Positions 27,727-36,766 of a stretch of 64,000 nt of DNA are shown here, in pieces (within the stretch, counting starts at the first letter, position 1; each line of letters opens with the position of its first letter). The DNA lies in the NCBI GenBank assembly GCA_028714915.1, contig JAQTLL010000005.1:193730-257729 (forward strand), written 5' to 3'. The notes under the pieces were generated by a model, which saw only the letters and a list, made by a program, of their open reading frames with translations, searched no databases and was not told where the DNA came from. Source of the DNA: Sulfuricurvum sp. (GTDB lineage Bacteria; Campylobacterota; Campylobacteria; Campylobacterales; Sulfurimonadaceae). Made by a program: the position numbers and the translations under genes.

Positions 27727-28446
27727 ATGATTATCATCCCTGCCCGTCTTGCTTCTACCCGTTTCCCGCAAAAAGTTCTCGCCGACATCGGTGGTTTGCC
27801 CATGGTTATCCGCACGGCTAAGCGAGTTGAAGCGCTTGATCGCGTTGTTGTCGCGTGTGATGATGAAAAAATAGTAGAAATTTGTGCAGCTTTTGGTATC
27901 GAAGCACGTCTCACTTCGACAACGCACAAAAGCGGAACCGACCGTATCAACGAATGTGCCCAACTCCTCGACATCGCTGACGATGAACTCATCATCAACG
28001 TTCAAGCTGATGAACCCTTTATCGAAACCGAAGTTTTAGTCCAGCTCATCGAACGTCTTAATGCACTAAAATCACAAAACGCTCCCTTCATTATGGCAAG
28101 TTGCTACAATGCCATCAATACTGAATCGGCAAATGACCCCAATATGGTTAAAGTCATCACCGATGATGCTCACAATGCCATCTATTTTTCCCGCTCACCC
28201 ATCCCTTTTAACCGCAGTGGAGAGGCATCATATTTCGGGCACATAGGGATTTACGGATTTACAAAAAAAAGCCTGCATGATTTTTGTGCACTGGGTGAGG
28301 CACCGTTAGAAGACATCGAAAAACTCGAACAGCTCCGCGCCCTCTATCACGGCAAAAAAATATCCATGGTAAAAGTTGCCAGCAGCGGATTCGGGATTGA
28401 TACGGTAGAGGATTTAGAGAGAGCCAAAAAGATTTTCGGGATTTGA
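27727..28446 (+). CDS. kdsB: 3-deoxy-manno-octulosonate cytidylyltransferase
   Basis: MIIIPARLASTRFPQKVLADIGGLPMV and VQADEP motifs. Confidence 0.9.
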   Translation: MIIIPARLASTRFPQKVLADIGGLPMVIRTAKRVEALDRVVVACDDEKIVEICAAFGIEARLTSTTHKSGTDRINECAQLLDIADDELIINVQADEPFIETEVLVQLIERLNALKSQNAPFIMASCYNAINTESANDPNMVKVITDDAHNAIYFSRSPIPFNRSGEASYFGHIGIYGFTKKSLHDFCALGEAPLEDIEKLEQLRALYHGKKISMVKVASSGFGIDTVEDLERAKKIFGI

Positions 28447-28519
28447 TTTTCTCTTGCTACACTGATGCTACACTTCAGGCGTACAATAATTGCACCAATA
28501 TGTTTTTCAAGGAGCAATT

Positions 28520-28861
28520 ATGTCACTCATCGAAACGTTTACTGACTATGTCCTAAACCGCAAAAGTCTGAAAGAGTATGTGGAATTCCGTAAAACAACC
28601 AAGGAGCGGGGAGAATTTAACGATACTAAATTAATCCAAGCCCAAGAGAATCTTGAACGTCTGAAAACTGAAAATCCAGAAATTTACGAGGCAATGTACA
28701 CAACATTGGATGCAATTTATGCACGTAATGCCGGATTAACTATCGAATATCCTCTCGACTTCATACGACAAATACTCAGAATGTACAAAAGTTCGTTATC
28801 GGTACAGCAAATTTATGAAGAGTACAAACGGATGTTGGATCATTACCATCATGATGCATAA
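28520..28861 (+). CDS. hypothetical protein
   Basis: 113-aa ORF. ATG 28520 has AAGGAG 6 nt upstream. No recognised motif. Confidence 0.45.
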   Translation: MSLIETFTDYVLNRKSLKEYVEFRKTTKERGEFNDTKLIQAQENLERLKTENPEIYEAMYTTLDAIYARNAGLTIEYPLDFIRQILRMYKSSLSVQQIYEEYKRMLDHYHHDA

Positions 28862-28913
28862 TTCATTAGAAAAGAAGAAAGATAATAGACTTCTTACATA
28901 ACCTTCTAACCTT

Positions 28914-28996
28914 TTAAAGATGGATCCTCGTGCTTGACACGGGGATGACAAAACTCCGTCATTCCCGCGAAAGCGGGAATCCAGCTCTTCTTAAAG
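28914..28996 (+). repeat. two-module structured intergenic repeat (family XY), order X-Y
   Basis: Module X is ATGGATCCTCG-TGCTTGACA-CGGGGATGACAAAA. Module Y is CTCCGTCATTCCC-GCGAAAGC-GGGAATCCAGCTCTTCTTAAAG. TTAAAG flanks both ends. A second copy at 57604-57686 has the order Y-X. Confidence 0.6.
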
Positions 28997-29029
28997 GGTG
29001 TCTTATTAGACTTTGAAAAAAATATTGTT

Positions 29030-29066
29030 GGAAAAGAAAAAGGAGAAATTCCCCGAAAATCGGGGA
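29030..29066 (-). terminator. rho-independent terminator of rpsO
   Basis: CCCCG-ATTTT-CGGGG hairpin (29065-29051 on the minus strand), followed by the T-rich run AATTTCTCCTTTTTCTTTTCC, 13 nt after the rpsO stop. Confidence 0.55.
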
Positions 29067-29078
29067 AGAAAGAAGGTG

Positions 29079-29354
29079 TTAGATATTGTCACGAATACCG
29101 AGTGTAGCGATAAGCTGGTTGTAGCTTGCACGGTTTGTACGTTTCAAATAACGCATCAAACGACGACGTTGTCCAACCAATTTCAAAAGACCTAAACGTG
29201 ATGAATGGTCTTTTTTGAAAATCTTAAGGTGCTCGGTAAGATCACCGATACGCTTTGAAAGCAATGCAATTTGCACTTCACTTGAACCGGTATCACCCTC
29301 TGTTCGTTGAAATTCTTTAATAATTTCTGTTTTTTTAGCCGTATCTAAAGCCAT
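29079..29354 (-). CDS. rpsO: 30S ribosomal protein S15
   Basis: [63 protein letters not shown]-like sequence. ATG 29354 has AGGAG upstream. Confidence 0.95.
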   Translation of the reverse strand: MALDTAKKTEIIKEFQRTEGDTGSSEVQIALLSKRIGDLTEHLKIFKKDHSSRLGLLKLVGQRRRLMRYLKRTNRASYNQLIATLGIRDNI

Positions 29355-29493
29355 AATAGCCTCCTGATGGGTAGTTAAATTTACTTGGATAGAGAAGATT
29401 CTCTTCAAGCAGAACCGGAATTATAGCTGAAAAATCTTAAAAATATGTATAATAAGCTTTTCTAAACTATACTATTACCATTAAGAATCATTA

Positions 29494-30504
29494 ATGACCA
29501 ATATCAATCAAAAAACATTTCATATTTTATGCGTTGATGATTCTCAAACCAATCTTCAACTGCTCAATTCAGTTTTAAGCAAAAACGGTTACAAAGTCAC
29601 TTGTTTATTAGATGGACAAGAGGCGTTGGATCATGTAACGAAACATACCGCCATCGATTTGATATTACTCGATATTATGATGCCGCATATGGATGGCTAT
29701 ACTGTGTGTCAGCATCTTAAGAGCTCAAAGGTTTTATCCAAAATACCGGTCATATTTTTAACCGCCTATAATGATATTGAAGCCCTTACGAAATCATTCG
29801 AAGTAGGTGGAGTCGATTACCTCATCAAGCCGTTTCGAACCAAAGAGCTGCTGGTACGGATACAAACCCATCTAAAACTCAAGTTTTACCAAGATCAAGA
29901 GATTGAAAAAACTCAATATGAACTCATTTCCATGATGGGCTCTTTAGCTGAGAACCATCATCAAGATACGGCAACACACGTTAAGCGCGTAGGTGAATAT
30001 ACCGCTCTTATCACTAGATTGCTTGGGTTTGGTGATGAACAAGCCGCAGTAATTCAATCGGCTTCTATGTTGCATGACATCGGTAAAGTCACTACTCCCG
30101 ATGCAGTACTGCATAAACCTGAACAATTAACTCCTGAAGAGTTTACTATTATGAAGCATCATGCCAAAGCAGGATACGATGCCCTTAGCTGTTCCTCATT
30201 ACCCTTGTTTCAAGTCGCTGCCATCATTGCTCACGAGCATCATGAAAAATACGATGGAAGCGGATACCCAAGGGCGCTAAAGGGTCATGAAATTCATATT
30301 TTTGGACGTATTGTTGCCTTTGCCGATGTTCTGGATGCTATCAGCAGTGCCCGTGCGTATAAAAAAGGGTGGAAACTGGATGAAATATTTTCATTTATAA
30401 AATCAGAACACGGGAAACATTTTGATCCAAAAATTGTAGATCTCTTCTTTGATAATTTTGCTCTCTTTTTAGACATCAAAGAAAAATATGACAATGCCGA
30501 TTAA
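29494..30504 (+). CDS. response regulator with HD-GYP domain (c-di-GMP phosphodiesterase type)
   Basis: Receiver domain (DD...DLILLDIMMP...K) followed by HD (MLHDIGK) and HHEKYDGSGYP. Confidence 0.85.
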   Translation: MTNINQKTFHILCVDDSQTNLQLLNSVLSKNGYKVTCLLDGQEALDHVTKHTAIDLILLDIMMPHMDGYTVCQHLKSSKVLSKIPVIFLTAYNDIEALTKSFEVGGVDYLIKPFRTKELLVRIQTHLKLKFYQDQEIEKTQYELISMMGSLAENHHQDTATHVKRVGEYTALITRLLGFGDEQAAVIQSASMLHDIGKVTTPDAVLHKPEQLTPEEFTIMKHHAKAGYDALSCSSLPLFQVAAIIAHEHHEKYDGSGYPRALKGHEIHIFGRIVAFADVLDAISSARAYKKGWKLDEIFSFIKSEHGKHFDPKIVDLFFDNFALFLDIKEKYDNAD

Positions 30505-30550
30505 GCAGTTTTAGCTATAATAACTCCTTTACTACGAGAAGGATGTCGAA

Positions 30551-30955
30551 ATGCTAATGACCCGTGCGAGCGAATATGCGCTATTATCCCTCATCATTTT
30601 AGCCAAAGCGTCACATCCGCTGGATGTGGATACCCTCTCTCGTGAACTCGATATTTCCAAAAGTTTTTTAGCCAAGATTCTCCAATCGCTTGCTCGTAAA
30701 GGGATTTTAAAATCATTCAAAGGGGTAAATGGGGGATTCGAACTGGCACGACCCGGTTGCAATATCACCATCCTTGAAGTACTGGAAGCAGCTGAGGGGA
30801 AAAGCCCTGCTGTCTTTAACTGCACCCCCTCGCACGGAGAGTGTCCTTCTAATAAAGCAATGACGTGCTCTTTGTGGCCATTTCTCAATAGATTACAGGG
30901 AAAAGTAGATGCTTTTTTAGGTGTTCTAACCCTTGAAGCTATTTTAGAAGAGTAA
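30551..30955 (+). CDS. Rrf2 family transcriptional regulator with three clustered Cys
   Basis: MLMTRASEYALLSLIILAK winged-helix N-terminus typical of Rrf2. Cys cluster C-x6-C-x7-C (NCTPSHGECPSNKAMTC). Confidence 0.8.
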   Translation: MLMTRASEYALLSLIILAKASHPLDVDTLSRELDISKSFLAKILQSLARKGILKSFKGVNGGFELARPGCNITILEVLEAAEGKSPAVFNCTPSHGECPSNKAMTCSLWPFLNRLQGKVDAFLGVLTLEAILEE

Positions 30956-30958
30956 TTT

Positions 30959-33139
30959 TTGGCAAAAGCAAAAAATAAAACTCCTAGTGCACTAGGCATT
31001 ATTTCTGTAATTTTTGCATCACGCGATTTAAGTGTCGTTATTTTTGTTATGGCAATTTTGGCGATTATTATCGTTCCGCTTCCCAGCGGAATGCTCGATT
31101 TTTTCCTCGCTGTTGTCATCTCATTATCGGTTTTGATTTTACTGATTTCCCTTTACATCCCCAAACCGACTGATCTTACTACTTTTCCAACCCTATTGTT
31201 AATTATCACCCTTTTTAGACTCTCTCTTAACATTGCGACTACCCGTATGATTTTAAGCAAAGGGCATGAGGGACCTGAAGCGGTCAGTGACATCATTACA
31301 AGCTTTGGAAATTTCGTCGTGGGTGGCAATTACGTTATCGGGGTAATCGTTTTTAGTATTATTGTCATTATCAATTTTATGGTTATTACCAAAGGTTCCA
31401 ATCGCGTCGCTGAAGTAGCCGCACGTTTCACCCTCGATGCGATGCCCGGAAAGCAAATGGCGATTGATGCGGATCTCAACAGCGGTCTCATCGAAGAGAC
31501 AGAAGCCAAGCGCCGTCGTGCCGAGATTTTACAAGATGCCAATTTCTATGGAGCCATGGACGGATCAGGTAAATTTATCAAAGGTGACGCGATTGCGGGA
31601 ATTATCATTACCTTTATCAATATTATCGGCGGTTTTTTAATCGGTATGTTTCAGTTTGATTTGGACGTTGCAACAAGTGCTCAGACCTATACCCTCCTTA
31701 CCATTGGAGACGGTTTAGTCTCTCAAATTCCTGCCCTTATCATCTCAACTGCTACGGGTATTATGATTACCCGCGCCTCCAACGATGAGGGCAATTTTGC
31801 CGAGGGCAGTATCAAACAACTCATGGGGAATGCGAAAGTTATGATTATCGTGGGGGTTATCATGATGATGTTTGCCCTCACTCCTGGACTTCCCACTATT
31901 TCAATGGGATTTGTCGGTTTGATTTTCTTAGGATTAGGGTATGCGCTTTATAAATATGAGAAAGGGGAATTTGTTCTTACTTCTGCCCCAGCTGTTGCAA
32001 AAAGTGGTTCAAAAGCTTCTGAGGGCTCAAGTGAGACCCCCCCTTCTGCAACCCCCCGCCGAAAAACCAATGAAGAAATTGCAAAAGACGAAGAAGCCGC
32101 TCTCGAAGATATCCTCAAAATAGAGATGCTTGAACTCACTCTTGGGTATCAGCTCATTCGTCTTGCCGATGGCAATCAGGGAGGAGATTTACTGGAACGT
32201 ATTCGATCTATGCGTCGTAAAATTGCTTCTGATTTTGGATTTTTAATGCCTCAGGTGCGTATTCGTGACAATCTTCACCTCAAACCAATGCAGTATTCAA
32301 TCCTTCTAAAAGGGGTGATGATTGGAGATGGGCTTATTCAGCCTGATAAATTTTTAGCGATGGACAGCGGGATGGCAATCGGTGAGATTGAAGGTGAAGC
32401 GACCAAAGAACCGGCCTTTGGTCTGGATGCGTTCTGGATTGCTCCAGAACTCAAAGAAGATGCCATTATCAACGGCTATACCGTAGTTGATCCCTCTACC
32501 GTTATCTCTACTCACATGAGTGAACTGGTCAAGAAACATGCCGAAGAACTCCTCACACGTCAAGAGACACAATCACTCATTGATAAGATTAAAAATGACT
32601 ATCCTGTTCTCATTGACGATTTGCTCAAAGTTGCCAATATTGGGTTGATTCAACGGGTCTTTAAAGCACTTTTGCATGAACGTATTTCTCTCAAAGACAT
32701 GATAACTATCCTAGAAACTATCGCCGATGTGGCTGAATACACAAAGAGCGTGGATATTATTACCGAACACGTCCGTGCCAAGCTTTCTCGTATCATCACC
32801 CAAAGCTATACTGGTCCTGATGGAATCATAAAATTGCTAACCTTTGAAACCATGAGCGAACAACGACTGCTGGAAAAATCTCAAGAGAGAGACGGTGCTC
32901 GCCAACTACAACTCAATGTAGGGGAAATCAACGGTCTCATTCAAGCGACCAGCGCCAAGGCCAGCGAACTTCTTCAACGTGGAGTCTCCCCCATCATCAT
33001 TATCGTTGACCCAAAACTTCGTCGCCCTTTGGCAGAGATTTATGAACGCTTCAATCTCGACATCGTCGTTCTTTCTCATGCTGAGATTGATTCTAGCGCC
33101 AAATTCGAAGTACTCGGCTCCATCACTTTAGACAAATAG
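30959..33139 (+). CDS. flhA: flagellar type III export protein FlhA
   Basis: FHIPEP-family N-terminal membrane domain (RFTLDAMPGKQMAIDADL, GDGLVSQIPALIISTATG) and a large cytoplasmic domain. TTG start 3 nt after the Rrf2 stop. Confidence 0.95.
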   Translation: MAKAKNKTPSALGIISVIFASRDLSVVIFVMAILAIIIVPLPSGMLDFFLAVVISLSVLILLISLYIPKPTDLTTFPTLLLIITLFRLSLNIATTRMILSKGHEGPEAVSDIITSFGNFVVGGNYVIGVIVFSIIVIINFMVITKGSNRVAEVAARFTLDAMPGKQMAIDADLNSGLIEETEAKRRRAEILQDANFYGAMDGSGKFIKGDAIAGIIITFINIIGGFLIGMFQFDLDVATSAQTYTLLTIGDGLVSQIPALIISTATGIMITRASNDEGNFAEGSIKQLMGNAKVMIIVGVIMMMFALTPGLPTISMGFVGLIFLGLGYALYKYEKGEFVLTSAPAVAKSGSKASEGSSETPPSATPRRKTNEEIAKDEEAALEDILKIEMLELTLGYQLIRLADGNQGGDLLERIRSMRRKIASDFGFLMPQVRIRDNLHLKPMQYSILLKGVMIGDGLIQPDKFLAMDSGMAIGEIEGEATKEPAFGLDAFWIAPELKEDAIINGYTVVDPSTVISTHMSELVKKHAEELLTRQETQSLIDKIKNDYPVLIDDLLKVANIGLIQRVFKALLHERISLKDMITILETIADVAEYTKSVDIITEHVRAKLSRIITQSYTGPDGIIKLLTFETMSEQRLLEKSQERDGARQLQLNVGEINGLIQATSAKASELLQRGVSPIIIIVDPKLRRPLAEIYERFNLDIVVLSHAEIDSSAKFEVLGSITLDK

Positions 33140-33146
33140 GATATTT

Positions 33147-34223
33147 ATGAATAAAACGTTTTATCACCTCTCACATATCGATCTCGATGGCTACAGCTGT
33201 CAGCTTGTTATGGCGCAAACATCCCATACTATGATCAGCTACAATGCCAACTACGGCGCAGAAGTCATGGATCGTCTCGAAGAGATTATCGATACCATCA
33301 AAAAAGCCAAACAAACATCTACTATTCTTATCAGTGACCTTAATCTCACTCCCGATGAAGCACGATGGCTCAATACGGAGATTAATCGACTCAATGAAGG
33401 GGGCTGGAATATCGCCATTACTCTCCTCGATCACCATGGGAGCGGGAAGGATACAGCCGCACAGTACCCATGGTATTTTTTAGATACTGATCGATGCGCC
33501 ACGAAAATCGTCTATGAATATGCAATTGAGCATTACGGATTGAGTACCGGAGGATGGCTTGAAGAGTTTGTCAAAGTTGTCAATGCCGTGGATTTATGGC
33601 ATCAAGATGAAGTGGAAGATTTCGAATACGGCAAAGTATGTATGCGTCTCATCAGTGATGCAAAAGAACTCAGCCGTGTAATGTTTGCAAATGAAGACCG
33701 TGCCTACAAACTTGCTCTTTTAGAACAAGCCGCAACCATGCGTTTCGCTCCCGATGCCCCAATCAAACTCGATGAAGCTCTGCACAAAATGAAAAAAGAT
33801 TTTTTTAAAGACAGCGTAGACAATACTCTCGATAATCTCTCCACCAAATATATCGTGGCATTACTGGGAAGCAAACGCTCTACCATGACCGTCTATTACA
33901 AAGGATGGCGCGGATTTTTAAGCTATGGCTTAGGCAATACCTCGATTATCGGAAACGGTTTTGTTACCGCATTTCCAGATTTTGATTTTATCGTCGATGT
34001 GAGTACTCGTGGAACCATGAGCCTGCGAGGTCATGACAAAGTAGATGTTGCCATGATGGCCGGTGAGTGGGCAAATGGCGGGGGACACCCTAATGCAGCG
34101 GGTGGACGTATCCAAGGATTCAAAGAACAGTTTCGCTACGACAAAGTAAAACGTCAAATTGAAGATCTCCTTGCCAATAAAGAGGCCATGCCCGGCAAGC
34201 TTCCCCATAAAATTGAAGAGTAA
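33147..34223 (+). CDS. DHH/DHHA1 family phosphoesterase
   Basis: HIDLDG, LLDHHGSG and GGGHPNAAGG motifs. Confidence 0.75.
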   Translation: MNKTFYHLSHIDLDGYSCQLVMAQTSHTMISYNANYGAEVMDRLEEIIDTIKKAKQTSTILISDLNLTPDEARWLNTEINRLNEGGWNIAITLLDHHGSGKDTAAQYPWYFLDTDRCATKIVYEYAIEHYGLSTGGWLEEFVKVVNAVDLWHQDEVEDFEYGKVCMRLISDAKELSRVMFANEDRAYKLALLEQAATMRFAPDAPIKLDEALHKMKKDFFKDSVDNTLDNLSTKYIVALLGSKRSTMTVYYKGWRGFLSYGLGNTSIIGNGFVTAFPDFDFIVDVSTRGTMSLRGHDKVDVAMMAGEWANGGGHPNAAGGRIQGFKEQFRYDKVKRQIEDLLANKEAMPGKLPHKIEE

Positions 34224-34232
34224 TATTAGCAT

Positions 34233-36065
34233 ATGATTCAAATTAATAACCTCACCAAAAGCTACGGAACACGAATATTGTTTGAGAATCTAAATCTCAA
34301 ACTTTCCGCAGGTCAGAAAATCGGTTTCGTCGGGCGTAACGGTTCAGGGAAATCAACCCTCTTTAAAATCATTTTGGGGGAAGAGGCTTACGATGATGGA
34401 GAGATACTGATTCCTAAAAATTACCGTATCGGAACATTACGCCAACACCTTCATTTTACCCATAAAACCGTCCGTGATGAATGTGCCTCCGTCCTTACGG
34501 GTGATGCCGAACATGAAGTATATCGGGTCGAAAAAATTCTTTTTGGACTAGGATTTACGCAAGAAGATTTAGATAAAGATCCCCTCAGCTTTTCAGGGGG
34601 GTATCAAATACGGCTCAATCTTGTCAAACTACTCGTCACTGAACCCAATCTGCTCTTGCTCGATGAACCGACCAACTATCTCGACATCGTCTCCTTGCGC
34701 TGGCTTGCCTCGTTTATTCGAGCATTTGAAGGAGAAGTCATCCTCATCACCCATGATCGTGATTTTATGGATTCTGTTTCTACTCATACGATGGGTCTGC
34801 GTCGCAGGGCTGTTTCCATACTCAAAGGCAACAGCAAAAAATACTATGCATTCATGGAACAAGAAGATGAGCTGTACGTAAAAACCAAAATTAATCATGA
34901 TAAAAAACGGGAAGAACTCATCGATTTTATCGCTCGGAACAAAGCCCGTGCCTCTACCGCAGTGATGGCGCAGTCCAAAGCTAAAGAGTTGGAAAAAATG
35001 GGGATAATGGAGAATCTCGTGGATGAAAAAGATTTAGCCTTCTCCTTTTCCTATCGCCCTACTCCCGCTAAAGTCATCATGGAGGTCAAAAATCTTTCGT
35101 TTGGTTACACTGCGGATGAATTGCTTTTTCAAAATCTCTCATTTATTTTGGAGACCAAAAAATGCCTCGCCATCATCGGTAAAAACGGCAAAGGGAAATC
35201 AACGCTTCTCAACACAATGGCCGGTGTTCTCAAACCTACCGGAGAAATAATTTCCCATCCCTCCACAGCCATTGCCCATTTCGGTCAAACCAACATTGAA
35301 CGACTGGATAAAAACAGTACGATAGCCGATGAAATTCAAAGTGCTGACAATACTCTCCAAAACGTCCGTGTCCGCTCCATCTGCGGAACGATGATGTTTA
35401 GCGGTGATGATGCCGATAAAAAAATCTCTATCCTCTCAGGGGGTGAACGAAGCCGTGTCATGTTAGGAAAAATTATCGCCACCCCTGCTAATCTCCTCTT
35501 TTTGGACGAACCGACCAACCACCTCGATATGCAATCCATTGACTCCCTATGTGATGCGCTCAAACGGTTTGAGGGCTCCGTCGTCATCGTTACCCATTCC
35601 GAGATGCTGTTGCGTGAACTCGCTGATCAGCTTATCATTTTCCGTGAGGGGGGTGCAGAGTTTTTTGACGGCGGATACGATGAGTTTTTAGAAAAAATAG
35701 GGTGGGATGAGGAGATAACCGATACCCCTAAGCCTGTCAAAGCAACCCAAAACAGTAATAAAAAAGAGCAAAAACAGCAGCGTGCGGAACTGATTCAAGA
35801 ACGCTCACGCCTCCTTAATCCTCTCAAAAAAGAGATTGACCATTGTGAGAACACGATTATGAAACTCGAAGATAAACTCAAAGAATCACATAAACAATTG
35901 ATTGTTTATTCTAATCAAGGTGATAGTGGTAAACTTCAAGAGCTCTCCAAAAGTATTTCCATGGATGAAAAAGAGATTGAAAACTTATTTGAGAGATTGG
36001 AAGCAGCAAGTAACGAATTTGAGCGTATCACCAAAGAGACCGATGAAAAACTCCAAGCCCTCTAA
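34233..36065 (+). CDS. ABC-F family ATPase (two ABC domains, C-terminal coiled coil)
   Basis: Two sets of Walker A (GRNGSGKST, GKNGKGKST), signature (FSGGYQIRL, LSGGERSRV) and Walker B (LLLLDEPTN, LLFLDEPTN). No TM domain. Confidence 0.85.
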   Translation: MIQINNLTKSYGTRILFENLNLKLSAGQKIGFVGRNGSGKSTLFKIILGEEAYDDGEILIPKNYRIGTLRQHLHFTHKTVRDECASVLTGDAEHEVYRVEKILFGLGFTQEDLDKDPLSFSGGYQIRLNLVKLLVTEPNLLLLDEPTNYLDIVSLRWLASFIRAFEGEVILITHDRDFMDSVSTHTMGLRRRAVSILKGNSKKYYAFMEQEDELYVKTKINHDKKREELIDFIARNKARASTAVMAQSKAKELEKMGIMENLVDEKDLAFSFSYRPTPAKVIMEVKNLSFGYTADELLFQNLSFILETKKCLAIIGKNGKGKSTLLNTMAGVLKPTGEIISHPSTAIAHFGQTNIERLDKNSTIADEIQSADNTLQNVRVRSICGTMMFSGDDADKKISILSGGERSRVMLGKIIATPANLLFLDEPTNHLDMQSIDSLCDALKRFEGSVVIVTHSEMLLRELADQLIIFREGGAEFFDGGYDEFLEKIGWDEEITDTPKPVKATQNSNKKEQKQQRAELIQERSRLLNPLKKEIDHCENTIMKLEDKLKESHKQLIVYSNQGDSGKLQELSKSISMDEKEIENLFERLEAASNEFERITKETDEKLQAL

Positions 36066-36765
36066 ACAACGGCTCGACCAACTCCTCACCAGTTTGGGAT
36101 ACGCAAGCCGCAGTGAGTCAAAAAAACTCATTTCTAGCGGTCTTGTCACCGTTGATGGAAAGTGTATCACCAAACCCGATTTCAAAGCATTTCATCACGA
36201 CGTAGCATTTGGAGGCGAACCCCTCGATGTGTGTGAGGGGATAGTTATTTTAATGAACAAACCGCTTGGTGTTGTCTGTTCCCATGATGACGGGGAAGGA
36301 AAACTCGTGTATTCTCTCCTTCCCTTAAGATGGCAAAAACGTGATCCAAAAATTTCCACTATCGGACGGCTCGACAAAGAGACAAGCGGACTGCTGCTGC
36401 TCACCGATGACGGGCAACTTCTTCATCGCCTCACATCGCCCAAATATCATATACCCAAACTCTACGAAGTGACACTGGATCGGCCATTAAACGGGAATGA
36501 AACGGATATTTTCGCAGCAGGAACGTTGATGCTAAACGGCGAAAAAAGCCCCTGCCTCCCCGCAAAATTGATAATCATTGATGATACACACGTGACATTG
36601 GAAATCACCGAAGGACGCTACCATCAAGTTCGACGGATGTTCGCGGCAGTCGGAAACCACGTCACGGCACTGCACCGTTCCCGCATTGGGGATTTAACCC
36701 TTGGGGATTTAATGTCTGGTGAATATCGACTGCTTGAGCGCAAAAACTTTCCTGAACTGCTCTAA
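36043..36765 (+). CDS. rsuA: RsuA/RluB-type pseudouridine synthase with S4 domain
   Basis: S4-like RLDQLLTSLGYASRSESKKLI, catalytic GRLDKETSGLLLLTDDG. Internal ATG 36043 is chosen because the track ORF would otherwise overlap the ABC-F gene by 164 nt. Confidence 0.8.
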   Translation: MKNSKPSKQRLDQLLTSLGYASRSESKKLISSGLVTVDGKCITKPDFKAFHHDVAFGGEPLDVCEGIVILMNKPLGVVCSHDDGEGKLVYSLLPLRWQKRDPKISTIGRLDKETSGLLLLTDDGQLLHRLTSPKYHIPKLYEVTLDRPLNGNETDIFAAGTLMLNGEKSPCLPAKLIIIDDTHVTLEITEGRYHQVRRMFAAVGNHVTALHRSRIGDLTLGDLMSGEYRLLERKNFPELL

Positions 36766-36766
36766 T

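Noticed and set aside
30532-31119. 195-aa minus-strand ORF overlapping the Rrf2 gene and the 5' end of flhA
   Set aside because: It is antisense to two strongly supported genes and has no recognisable motif.
35902-36042. N-terminal 47-codon extension of the rsuA-like ORF overlapping the ABC-F gene by 164 nt
   Set aside because: The S4 domain begins right after the internal ATG at 36043. The extension has no homology-like features and would need an unusually long overlap.
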